64,000 bases of DNA from Lingula anatina (Eukaryota > Animalia > Brachiopoda): NCBI GenBank assembly GCA_051362555.1, contig JBPQGU010000016.1, positions 1,302,001 through 1,366,000 of the forward strand. Direction: 5' to 3'. Below are positions 1-26,978 of this stretch, piece by piece (the stretch's first letter is position 1; each line of letters opens with the position of its first letter). The notes below the pieces were generated by a model. It was not told the DNA's origin and made no database searches. It saw only the letters and a program-made list of their open reading frames with translations. Made by a program: the position numbers and the translations under genes.

Positions 1-80
1 GTGAATGGCTTTAGCTGGGATTATGTAATGTTGCGAACCGAACGAACTTGGATTACTTATCGAACGTAATTGCTAACCAG

Positions 81-487
81 TGAAGTGAACCCGAGTGGCT
101 AAAGTCACTTATTCTTGTGATAACTACAGTCTAACTAGCAGTGATACACATAAAGGCGGCTGTCACGCCCTGATCAGGGGCGTAGACCGCTTACCTTATA
201 TTCCACTTATAGGAATCCTGGTACGTCCTCACAACCGCTCCATGATCAATATCCACTATGGCACTATTGCTGAATGTCAGCTATAGTGGTATAATTAAGT
301 AGGTATGGTATTGGTCAAGGAATGCTCGCAGATTGTGGATTTGACGCCCAAGGTGTGTTCTGTCCGGTGTCTCGTAGTCGAGAGCTAGTCAATTCATATC
401 ACGCGCTTCTTCAGCGTGTGTCGACACCTGGATGGCGCTTCTTCAAGACAGCCCACAACCGTAACATACTGGTTCACAATCACAACA
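81..487 (-). repeat. 3' LTR (407 bp)
   Basis: No mismatch found by eye against 6934-7340 (offset 6853). The ORF-track peptides at 95..286 and 6948..7139 are identical. TG...CA termini. Confidence 0.95.
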
Positions 488-496
488 TTCCCCCCC
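488..496 (-). other. Polypurine tract (GGGGGGGAA) abutting the 3' LTR
   Basis: Plus-strand ttccccccc directly follows the LTR end. Confidence 0.8.
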
Positions 497-1149
497 ATTT
501 TATAATATTTTTTTTTAAAAAAGGGACCATCCCAAATTTGTCTATTTTCTAAAAAGGGAATACATACGTTTAAAAATTGAAGGACCAGCCTTGAAATGCT
601 TGAACTTATAAAAATTTTAATTTAAAAGATTGTTATAAAAATTAAGATTCCCCAAATTCCTTTTAAAACAATATCCCCGAATTCCTTTTAAAAACAATAG
701 GACCAGCCAATTATATGTTTAAACAAATGGGACCAGCCCATTAATTTAAATGTTATAGTCTTTGGGGATATTTAATAAAATGGTCTCTGGTTTAACTCTG
801 TATGTTTTTGGAGAGAGTCAATTTAAAATTTAACTACAATCTCCAAGCAGAGTATCAACCAGATTTCGGATCATCACCTTTGGCTGAATAAATGAAAATA
901 GATGGCATTTTTTATTTATTCACCAGAGTTAACTTGCATTTCTTACCAATTCTCAGTCAAGGGAACCTCTCCATGGGCATACTGGACTAGATCCCCTGTA
1001 TCAGGACTTATACCTAATTCATCCAATTCGGAGAATACCCAGATTTTGATTTATGCAAAGGAAAAGTGCAATTGTGCAATAAACATATAAATAAAATATA
1101 TATATTACATATACACAAATATATACATATATACATACATACATATATA

Positions 1150-1390
1150 CATTTTTTATGCAGGTATTCATCCAAATTGTAAATGAAACTGAGCAAAATT
1201 TGGAAAATGCTAACTTATTTTGGTGATTCTCCCTCTGAGGCATTGAACTGTTAGAACTACCAGAATTCAGATGTTAGCAATCTTTTCTGATTGTAAGTCT
1301 ACTCTCCCCAAACAGGTAGCATTTAGATTGGTGAGTAAACCTCACTATGTTCAGTAGTTCTTGAGGGTTGATACTGTACCAATTGCAGGT
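1150..1390 (-). pseudogene. Decayed Gypsy RNase H remnant
   Basis: Minus-strand translation WYSINPQELLNIVRFTHQSKCYLFGESRLTIRKDC* resembles the Gypsy RNase H motif YxxTxKELLAVVRFxxxFxxYLxGxxFTxRTDH. Contains stops and frameshifts. Confidence 0.7.
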
Positions 1391-1809
1391 ATGGCCAACT
1401 CTGATGGTTCAGCCAAAACCTTTTCAATATGACAATTGCACCCTCACAGTCCAAGTCTCAGATAAAAAGTTACTTCCCGGTCAAATGATATGTATACAGA
1501 GGTTGAGAGATTTTATAATGAGATGAGGGATTTCCTCCCCAAAAACATATATATTTTTTTTAATAGAAAGTTATTTTGCTGCTTTTAAATTTTAAATGAT
1601 TTGTTTACTGATAAACTTCAGTTTTAATTTCAAACTGTTTTTAAGTCTACATTTCTTAAATATTTTGATGTGCAATATATTTTTAATATGCACAAACACA
1701 CAAATATAAATATAAATTTACAAATAAGGACTTACACATTTACTGCAAAACTTAAACCTTTATACTGTACCGGAAGAAATAAACTTTATAAATAAATATT
1801 TATTCTATT

Positions 1810-2260
1810 TTGTGTATCTCTCTAAAACCTCCTTCAGATCAGTGACATGATAAGTGAAATAAGACTTTCCTTTGACCAGAATATCATCTAGATATATGCA
1901 AATTCTGTCTTCCATATGGAACCCCTCTGTAACAGACTTACAAATCCAGAGATAGCAGGGTATTAGTGAGCCCTTAACCCCTTTTCTAGTCCTTATTTTG
2001 CCACAAAAGCAGTTATTAACTGGTTTCCTATTGACATCTTCTGTCTAAAAACAGAATTGCCGTCAATTTTAGAAACTCAAGTTTTCCTGCTAATGTATTT
2101 AGGCAATCTTCCATAAGGGGAAGAGGAAATGTCATTCACCATCACATAATTAGGTAGTACACGATGATAATAACACCACCACGCACTACTGTCACATTTT
2201 CTGATCAAAAATAAAGCCGAATCCCAATCAGATGTTGACTTTTACTGCACCAACCTTTGA
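1810..2260 (-). pseudogene. Decayed Gypsy reverse transcriptase remnant
   Basis: Frameshifted minus-strand pieces in RT order: STSDWDSALFLIRKCDSSAWWC, FPLPLMEDCLNTLAG, SKIDGNSVFRQ, TAFVAK*GL, and YLDDILVKGKS (YLDD at 1883-1894). Confidence 0.85.
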
Positions 2261-4349
2261 GCCCTTGCACTATTTTGTTGTTGTTATTATTTTTATTTAA
2301 ATTATTGTGTGAATAAAATGGGCTACTTTTCAATTATTTTTTAAATTATTGTCTAATAAAATAGGCTGGTATGTGACACGAGTTGTTTTAATTGTGTCAC
2401 TAAATATATATATAAAAAGTTTTGAGTTTTCAACATCCAATTGAGCCAACTTTATTTGAATCATATTGACCATTGGGAATGGGAATGAATCGGGTAATTT
2501 GGTATACACAATCCATGGGACAGACTCCCAAATACATGAGACTTATACCCATATTTTTGGCGTGTAACCTTCACAATCGGGTAATATTAGCATCGTCAAT
2601 TCCCCTGAGATAGAGTACATGTATACACACTAACACATACCCCAACAGGAACAACTGGTTATGCTAGTTGGTATAAATCGGGTTGGATCAGAATAATTGA
2701 ATCAGAGTCAGTCGCATTGATCAGATGCGAGAGAAGTCTCATCAAATATCTGAATCCTATCACATGGTTGTCACTGTTTGGGAATGGCCTGGCCAAATAT
2801 GTGGGAAAGACAGTAGGATCTCTTTAGGTTATGTCACTGGTACATTTACCTTAATCTACTAACTGTTCTCCACTTAAGGTCTAGATGAGATGGTACATCA
2901 GGAAATTTAGCCCATATTTTAGGAGTAATGCTGCTATGCTTACATATACCCCTTAGGCCAAATAATTCCTTCCAAAGAGCACACATCTTTTGTAATGGCC
3001 AGTCTAAAATTTACAGAAACAGAACCTCTGAGACAGATCTCAAATAATTTTAAACTGAATTCTACCCCTTTAGGTTATACAATACTATGACCAAAAATTA
3101 TTTATTTCCAAACTGGAAGTACTGTACATATGTGCATTTTTCTTATTTATTTTGGAGACAATTAACATGCCAGCTGGTGAAACTACAAAGCCAATGGTTT
3201 TTATTACAAAAACTACATTTGACATTTACATTATTTTGGGAAAAGTTTTATCAAATATCACCTTTAAACCAAACTGAAACCTAAATTACCCATATAAATT
3301 ATTACCCTTTCTCAAAAATTGTCAAATGTAAAAATAGATGAAAACAACACACTTGTGGCCAACCAGCTGTAGTGTGGTTAATTGTTTAGAACTCCATTTA
3401 TTATATTGATTCTATTATACTGATATGATTATAGAAAGAATGAATTCATTTGCCCCTTGCTAGTCTATGGTCAAGTTAAAGTAACCAAAGCAAAGCAGAA
3501 CAATGCCTGACAAATCACAGGCTAACTAAGAGCCTCCTTACTTGAAAAAACTAAGAGATACTAAACAGGAAATTACAAATACAGAGTTAGAGGACAAAGA
3601 AAAAGATACAGACCAAATACAAATTATGAAAGATTTTGGTCTAATAACAGCAGGAAAAGGAAAGGAAAAGAAAGAAAAGAAAAAGAAAAGAAAAGGTGAA
3701 ATTCAGAAAGGATGATGATAAGGAGAAGAATATTAATGATAATGACATGATTTTTTAACATGGCATGGAAAATAGATAAAGGTATGATTAACGAGATTCT
3801 GTTCAGGTTCTGCTCTGAGAGATGACTGCTCTTGTCTACGGTCTTTGTTCAGTGATGTTAACTCTCCCTTTTTATAAACTCACAGCACCTACAGCCAAGC
3901 CTAGACACACTCAGCCACTGCTACACAAGAGGATAGGTTGTCCCCATTTCCTCCCTCCACCAAATTCAAATGGACAAGCTGTATTATATTATTATTTCTC
4001 CCTTCCTTCTCTGACCAGCAGAGTTGTTAGAGAGATTTTAATTTTTAAGCTTTTGCCCACAAGAACCAGCAGAGTTCGGAACATTTGATAGGACAGCCCC
4101 CAACGAAGCATCCGATAGCTGATATAACCAGTAAGGAACCCTCCGTTGGACCACCATGAGACTAGCTTCATATGCCCAGCACCGGACCGAGGAACATCTG
4201 TGATTAAAAGATCATTGTTAACCATCATTACTTCCCAAAGACAATGCAAATTGGTTTTTATCTTACTGACCAACTACTATGAACAGGGTTTACAAGGATG
4301 CAGTTGCTTACCCTGGCCCCAGTCAGTTTAATTATTCCCAACGTTGCCT

Positions 4350-6114
4350 CTAGGACTTGTTGGAAAAACTGACATTGTTCATAGCATCCTCTATTGATGT
4401 AAAGTGAGACAAACGCGCATATTTTCCCATCTCCCGATCCAAACACCCCCAAAAGAATTTTGTAATACATTCCTTTAAGGTGAATGATTCAGGTAGATCT
4501 AGGAACACGTCTGTGGCCAGAAAGAAAACCTACATGTAGCATGTCCACTCATTTAAAGATTAGTTTAGGGATTTTTACTGCTTGATAGAACTTTGTATGT
4601 GAAATTTCTGGGAGATTTCCCCTTTGAAACAGTGTTAAGCTCACTGATCAAGGCAGTAAAAAGAATTGGAGCACAGTGATTTGGTGTATAAGTTAATGAT
4701 GTTACATCTTGAGCTCCAATGTATATACTGGTAATCTTTGCACTAATTTTTCCATCCACCCATTTACCTCCCTGTAGCTTTGGAACACTCATCTAAAGTC
4801 TTCTCAGTCCTCCTCATTTTTAAAGGATTTTTAAGAAGATCTAAAGAACTTCCCCTTTTTTTATATATATATACATGGGGATGTGTAACCTCGGCTTGGA
4901 GAAAGGTGGAGGTTTTTCACTGACTTTGGAAAGCCCTGTATATTTTGAGAACTTTCTTCATCCTTAGGCAAATAAGATGGTTTAATTTTTATTGCCCTTT
5001 CTGACTCAATAACGTTTAAGAGTAGGAAAAGTGGATGAGAATTCTCAACAGGATTTTCTTCAGTCAGAGCTGCTGTACCCAATGGTTTTGAGAATCCACT
5101 AATAGTTGGATGGGGGACACTGGGCACATCACCTGGAGCAGGTTTATTCCCCCACCAGGTTCAGCACCCTGTGTATTAAATTGGTTTGGGTTTAAAGATT
5201 TTTAGAAATTTGTCCAAATATTGGGGGCTACCAGGCACCAGAATAAGCATGTTGGGATTAGTGCCTGATGTTTGAAAGGGATGGGTTGTAAAGTGGGGGT
5301 AAATTTTGGGTTGGATTTCTCAAGTTTGGTAGCAAATCATCAAGATCAGGGTTGGGAAACTGTCACCAAAAACCTGCTTGAACTAAGGGATTTGTTGATG
5401 TTAAATATCCTAAAGGGTAAATAAATGCAGGATATGAATTTTAAAAGAAGGTAACAGCTGATGTTTTTTCCCTTCCCAAAATGTTCACTATTCCAATAAC
5501 ATTGGGCTGGGGGAAAGTGCAGAAATTAATTGGCAAAGACTACAGTATGTAATTTCATCCATATCTTTCTCAAACTCCTGAATGTCCAGTAATGATATGC
5601 TGTTTTTAAATATATATTTTTGATTGAGTATTACACTTGTATTTGGGTGGCTTACTTTAAACTTTTACTTAAACTTTACACTAGAATTTTAATTTTGTTT
5701 TATAAACAAAAAAAATTTATAACTTTGTTATTTTGAGTTGTTCACTATACTTTAATAATTGTTAAATTTCAGCTGTTTGTTCATTACTTATAACATCAGA
5801 GAATGAGAAATCAACAGATGTGGGGGATTGCATTAGCTCTTTGTGGACAGGTTTAGGCATCATAAATGGATGAGGTTGGGGAGAAATTATGTGTTTTGGG
5901 TTTTGCCCCTTTAAAATATTAATAGTTAAAAAAAAAATAAAAATAGGGCAACATTTTAGATTTAGTTTTGACCAAAATATTTGTGCTCATCCAAGAAGAT
6001 ACCTTATTATTACTCCTGAAATCTAAAAGAGCTTCTGCATGTTTTTGACCTATACCAGGCACTCTAATTAGCTCATCATAGGTAGGTAAGATCTACCTTA
6101 GATCCCATTGACAT
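4350..6114 (-). pseudogene. Decayed gag remnant with N-terminal helix-hairpin-helix motif
   Basis: ATG at 6114 gives MSMGSKVDL, then after a frameshift YDELIRVPGIGQKHAEALLDFR (HhH motif). A gag-like segment SLNEW...VFFLATDVFLDLPESFTLKECITKFFWGCLDREMGKYA...SIEDAM lies at about 4560-4350. Confidence 0.65.
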
Positions 6115-6919
6115 TGTTATAACTTGACAAGTCAAAGGTCACACTAACCCAGCATATTTCTGTAAAAGAGGCACTTCCTGTCCCCAATTAGTGTGCGAGT
6201 TAATCAGAAGACCTGTCTTCTTGTGATCCGGAACTTTCAGATTCACTGAGAAGGTCAGGGGGAAAGTCAAAAATAGGGCTGAGGGGTATTTTGTAAAAGA
6301 CAATGGAATGGGCAATGTGAATATATACTGCTGTCTGTTCTTGGGCTAAATGTAGCCGGAAATACAATAAATGAAGTCAAAGGTTCACTTTTGACCTTAA
6401 AACTAGGTAAAAATTGAAAATAAATGTAAACCCAAAAATACCTTCCCTCAAAAATTTATTCAAATTTCCCCGAAAAACTTCACCCTAAACAAAGAAATAA
6501 GAAACTTTACCCTGAATAAATCTCCAAATATGGTAAATTCTAAGATAAATTTTATAAAAATAAACCCTTACCTTTAAAAAACAGATGCTAGCAGTATATA
6601 TTAGGGGATCACTACCAATTAGTCTGGGGGGCCTCATGTTATCCCCAAGAATAAGTGAGATTACTTTATAATCAAATTTAGATGAAAGAATTTCCTTTTA
6701 ATCTTTAAATTTAGTAACCAAAATCATTACTTTCATATACCACCAAATGGACGTACAAGGGTATATTGGACAATAAAAAGTATTGCCACCCCTGCACACG
6801 GATCGTGGAGTTAAATAAACTTTCACTCCCCCCACCCATCCAAATTTGGAGGCAGACAAAGGAATTTAAAAATTTCTTACACCAAAAATTGATCAAAGAA
6901 CAGGAAACAGGCTCGGTTT

Positions 6920-6931
6920 TCCTTGTCGCCA
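6920..6931 (-). other. Primer binding site, tRNA-Ser(GCU)-like
   Basis: Minus strand reads TGGCGACAAGGA, 2 nt inside the 5' LTR. This is 11/12 to TGGCGACGAGGA, the complement of the metazoan tRNA-Ser(GCU) 3' end (recalled sequence). Confidence 0.8.
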
Positions 6932-6933
6932 AA

Positions 6934-7340
6934 TGAAGTGAACCCGAGTGGCTAAAGTCACTTATTCTTGTGATAACTACAGTCTAACTAGCAGTGATAC
7001 ACATAAAGGCGGCTGTCACGCCCTGATCAGGGGCGTAGACCGCTTACCTTATATTCCACTTATAGGAATCCTGGTACGTCCTCACAACCGCTCCATGATC
7101 AATATCCACTATGGCACTATTGCTGAATGTCAGCTATAGTGGTATAATTAAGTAGGTATGGTATTGGTCAAGGAATGCTCGCAGATTGTGGATTTGACGC
7201 CCAAGGTGTGTTCTGTCCGGTGTCTCGTAGTCGAGAGCTAGTCAATTCATATCACGCGCTTCTTCAGCGTGTGTCGACACCTGGATGGCGCTTCTTCAAG
7301 ACAGCCCACAACCGTAACATACTGGTTCACAATCACAACA
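6934..7340 (-). repeat. 5' LTR (407 bp)
   Basis: Matches 81-487 with no mismatch seen; followed by TSD CCAG. Confidence 0.95.
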
Positions 7341-7619
7341 CCAGGTCCAGGCTGACGATTTATTCTGTTATTCCACTTGTATATTCTAAATATATGTCCC
7401 ATTTTGAACAAGTCGTATGATATCCCTTTCTTAGTCTCTAGAAATATCCTTTCATTGTAATTCCCCGTGTGGGCACATGCTTGTACATTTATGTTTGTTC
7501 CAGGAATTATATTAATGATAATAAATGGTGGAGGACAGCGGTGTAGTTGATACATAAATCAAACATATTCATGTTTCACATGTGGGTTATGTCTGTGTGT
7601 GTGTGCATGCTTGAGTGCT

Positions 7620-7622
<3 letters not shown>

Positions 7623-7666
<44 letters not shown>
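7623..7666. repeat. (TG)n microsatellite
   Basis: Perfect dinucleotide run. Confidence 0.95.
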
Positions 7667-7668
<2 letters not shown>

Positions 7669-7854
7669 TGATACTGCAAAAGCGCCCAAAAATCTCACTT
7701 TTTATCGTCTTGTTTTGCGCTTTGCCAATTAAAATTTTCTGGCCTGCCCATACTTACTACTGGTAGTAATTATTATAATGATAATTTATTTCTCAGAATA
7801 ACTTATTGATAAGAACTAATAAAACTAAGTTGATTGATATTTCCCTTTCACCAG

Positions 7855-8176
7855 ACACGTTAGAAATGCTGCAGGATCTGGAGACAAAGTCAAAGAAAGA
7901 ATGCAGCTTGAAGGAGGAGGAGAAAAAACAAGATGATGAACTGAAGCAGCTGAAGATGAAAGTGACCAGGTTGCAGCAAAAGAAGAAGTGGTTGCAGCAA
8001 CAACTCAGTATAGAGGTGTTTATACTTTAGTCCTCTAGCTGTTTTAATCTGAAAATGATAAGGGTACATGTATTAGCATTCGGGTGTATAATAGTGAAAA
8101 ATAAGGTGAATACATGAAATGAAAAAGGCATGGTAACACAGTATTACACTGTCATCTGACAACTTAGTAAATTACT

Positions 8177-8232
<56 letters not shown>

Positions 8233-8580
8233 TTTAGTCTCCTCTACAACAAGTAGACATAAACAACATTGACAGTCTGGACAGAGAGGAGAAGTCAGAG
8301 CTACTGGATGCTGCTTATGCTGCTCAACAGAAAAAGTTGGAAGAGATGGTCGTACTCCACAGGCTAACAGGCATGACAGTTATAAATAACCCAACTTAAT
8401 CTAAATATTATAATTTATTTGTTAAATTTATTTAGAGAGAACCAGTTTTACCATTCTTGGCTCTTCGGTGACCCATAATGTACCAGACATTGCTTCTTGG
8501 ACATGAGAGATCATGAGGACTCTTTCATTCATTCATTCATTTATTCTTTGTGTGTTTGCTCTCTCTCTCTTTTCTTTCCT

Positions 8581-8632
<52 letters not shown>

Positions 8633-10116
8633 TCATTCTTTCTTTCTTTCTTTCTTTCAATGATTCACCAGGCAATTAACTAGTGTTTCTTTTATTCACA
8701 ATTTCAGGTATTTCTATCGACCATATCAAACCAGAGGCGATACGTATCTGCTGGGATACCTCATATGGAGGGGAATTCTTCGAGGCTTTCTATGCCGAGG
8801 TGACCCGCTCCAGAGACAAGCTGACGGTCCAGCACCACTCCTTGCCATACTTTCTTCCCATCAACTCTCTGATCACCAGACACCTGAATACAGATATCAC
8901 TGTGTTTGCAGAGATGGTGTCCAGGTATCTGAATGTGTTTGTGGAGAAGAGACAGGAAGCTGTCAATGCTGAGGTGAGAATGGAAAGTGTTGAGGGGTTT
9001 TTCCTAGTACAAATACTGTGGTTGAGTAAATGTTATAGTTTTTTTTTCTTCAATTACATGGCTTTTTTAAAATCTATTGAAGTCACAAATCCTTTGATAA
9101 AGCTGGAAGTTCTAGGTAAAAGAGAAAAAAATTCAACTGACTGTTATTGGCTCTTCACTAATGTTTTGCTCACTCTTGTTTGAGAACTTTTACAACTTTT
9201 TGAACAACAGTCAAATTAACATAACTTTTTAACTTAAAATGTACCCATACTGAAGGCACACATGCATGCACGCACACCCACACACCTGCACTCGACCAAA
9301 AAAGTTTGCAAGCATCATTATAATTTTGAATAATTATGAAAAGACCATAATAGCTAAAGTAAATATTTTAACCAAATATTGACAGATAATGCACCCACCA
9401 TTCTTTACTTCTTTATGTACACAGACAATTTCCATAACCAGTATATAGTTTTTAACTTTTTGGTCGAGTGTATATACTAAACGTATTCGGTGATGACTAA
9501 GCTGCTAAATGCTCACTCGACAATTCCAGAAGGAGTTTGGGCTGTACATGTCCAAGCCTATCGCTGCCAGCCCGTCCTGTGACGTGATCGAGTTCAGCCT
9601 GAAGCCCACCATGGTCCCAGGAAAACTCCACACGCAGCTGTTCTATAGCGATCTTCTCCAGCCTCTGCCCACTGAAGTAGAGGTGGAGTGGAGAGGTGGG
9701 GCACTAGTGCATTAATCAATTAATTAATTAACTAGTTATTTACATACTTAACTTATTAATAAATTATTTGTGATTATCTATCTTTATAGTTAGTCATCAA
9801 TATGTTAACAAATATACTTAGTAATTCTTTGGTGAGGAGAGTTGGGATTCTAATTAATTGATTAATAAATTTATTGATCAATTAGATAATTTTTGTGTTT
9901 TTCTATGTTCGTAGTTAGTCATCAATTTGTTCATATATGTTCATTTTCAGGGGTCTACTCCCTAGCTTTAGAGAACAGTATTGATTGTCAAGACATCTTC
10001 CTCTGTTTTCAGGTGAAGAAGGTGTGCTATCCAGAGAAGATATCTTCAGAGTCAAACAAATATTTCTGTCAAAGTCATTATGCAGTGCTTTGGAAGAGTT
10101 GGTCACTAAAGTTTGA
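7855..10116 (+). CDS. CENPO: Centromere protein O-like, 5'-partial (first exon probably upstream of the window)
   Basis: Phase-consistent exons 7855-8015, 8238-8370, 8708-8973, 9530-9695 and 10013-10116 (TGA). N-terminal coiled coil, then HRLTGIS...ICWDTSYGG..F, HHSLPYFLPI, RQE and LFYSDLLQPLPTEV, which are CENP-O family motifs. Confidence 0.8.
8180..8229. repeat. (TA)n microsatellite
   Basis: Dinucleotide run immediately upstream of a splice acceptor. Confidence 0.95.
8570..8658. repeat. (TTTC)n microsatellite
   Basis: Tetranucleotide run. Confidence 0.9.
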
Positions 10117-10989
10117 TGGAGGAAAAAAAATGAAACTTTAAAGAGCTCATGTGCTGGTCACAGGAGCTTTTCAAACAGTTATTGGAAGGTGACCTTCATT
10201 GGGAGATCAAAGCAATAATGGGAAAACATGATTGTGACCTTCACTTAATAAAAAAAGAGTTCCTTTGTTACCTGTTTGTATTTTCACAAGCAGAGACCCC
10301 ACAATAAAGAAAGTGACTGTTGTTATTGATTGCTTACTTTTGCTATTTAACAGTGGAAGAAATAATTGCACTGCATTGTGAGCTTTTCAGCTAAAATGTT
10401 AGAAAGATATGTCACTGGGAAAAGCAATAATGCTTTGTACAGGGTGTAATTTTTTGATTAAAAGAAAAAAATAACAACCATTGCTGCCTCACTTCCTCCT
10501 GATTTTTTTAGATGGTTCAATACACGTTTGATATAATTGTTTAGGAATTGAAAACGGGAACAAAAAAAGTGAAAAACAGTATACATCTGGTGTTGTTTCT
10601 AAAAGTTTTTGTTTTTGGATATTTGGAGACAAGGTTGGAAGAATTAAAGGAGAAGCAAGAAAAAAATACAATTCTGGTTTCATGGCATTTACATGTAGCT
10701 GAAAAAAAAAATATATATATATATATATATACATATTGAACAAGTTTTATTGAACATTTATTATACTCAGTACGTGAAGATGATAATTAATTTGAAAAAC
10801 AAAGCAAATAAAAAGTTGGTGCAAAAACACAGCACTCACGGTTGAACATTTTCCATCGGGTTGCATCATATCAAGAACGAATAAACTCTTGATATAATAA
10901 ATAAACAAAAATTTTCTAATTGTTAAAAATGTCAAAAAGCTAAAAATGATATTGGATTAGCTCCTCTTGGATATCAAAATATCAAAGTT

Positions 10990-11037
10990 GAAGGTCGTGA
11001 CCTGCAGGTGCGTGCGCACACGGTCGTTACAAACAAA

Positions 11038-11045
<8 letters not shown>
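10990..11045 (+). promoter_or_regulatory. Putative PASK promoter/5' UTR with YY1-like AAAATGGCGG over the start codon
   Basis: Short CpG-rich patch followed by caaaATGGCGG and a GTGAG donor at 11058. Confidence 0.5.

Positions 11046-26978
<15,933 letters not shown>

Larger units (their letters stand above)
81..7340 (-). mobile_element. Gypsy/Ty3-type LTR retrotransposon, non-autonomous (decayed gag-pol), structurally complete
   Basis: Direct repeats at 81-487 and 6934-7340 start TG and end CA and are flanked by CCAG (77-80 and 7341-7344). PBS lies next to the right LTR and PPT next to the left LTR, giving minus orientation. Gag, RT (YLDD) and RNase H remnants occur on the minus strand in Gypsy order. 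Confidence 0.93.

Noticed and set aside
95-552. Duplicated short ORFs (63 aa and 76/81 aa), also at 6948-7420
   Set aside because: They lie inside the LTRs on the antisense strand and have no recognisable motif; the duplication is explained by the LTR pair.
3992-4273. ORF LITDVPRSGAGH...GKSLKI resembling a DIRS-type RNase H
   Set aside because: It sits directly after gag, where a decayed zinc knuckle (GH motif) is expected. The element has Gypsy architecture with its own RNase H at about 1150-1390, so the resemblance is likely chance.
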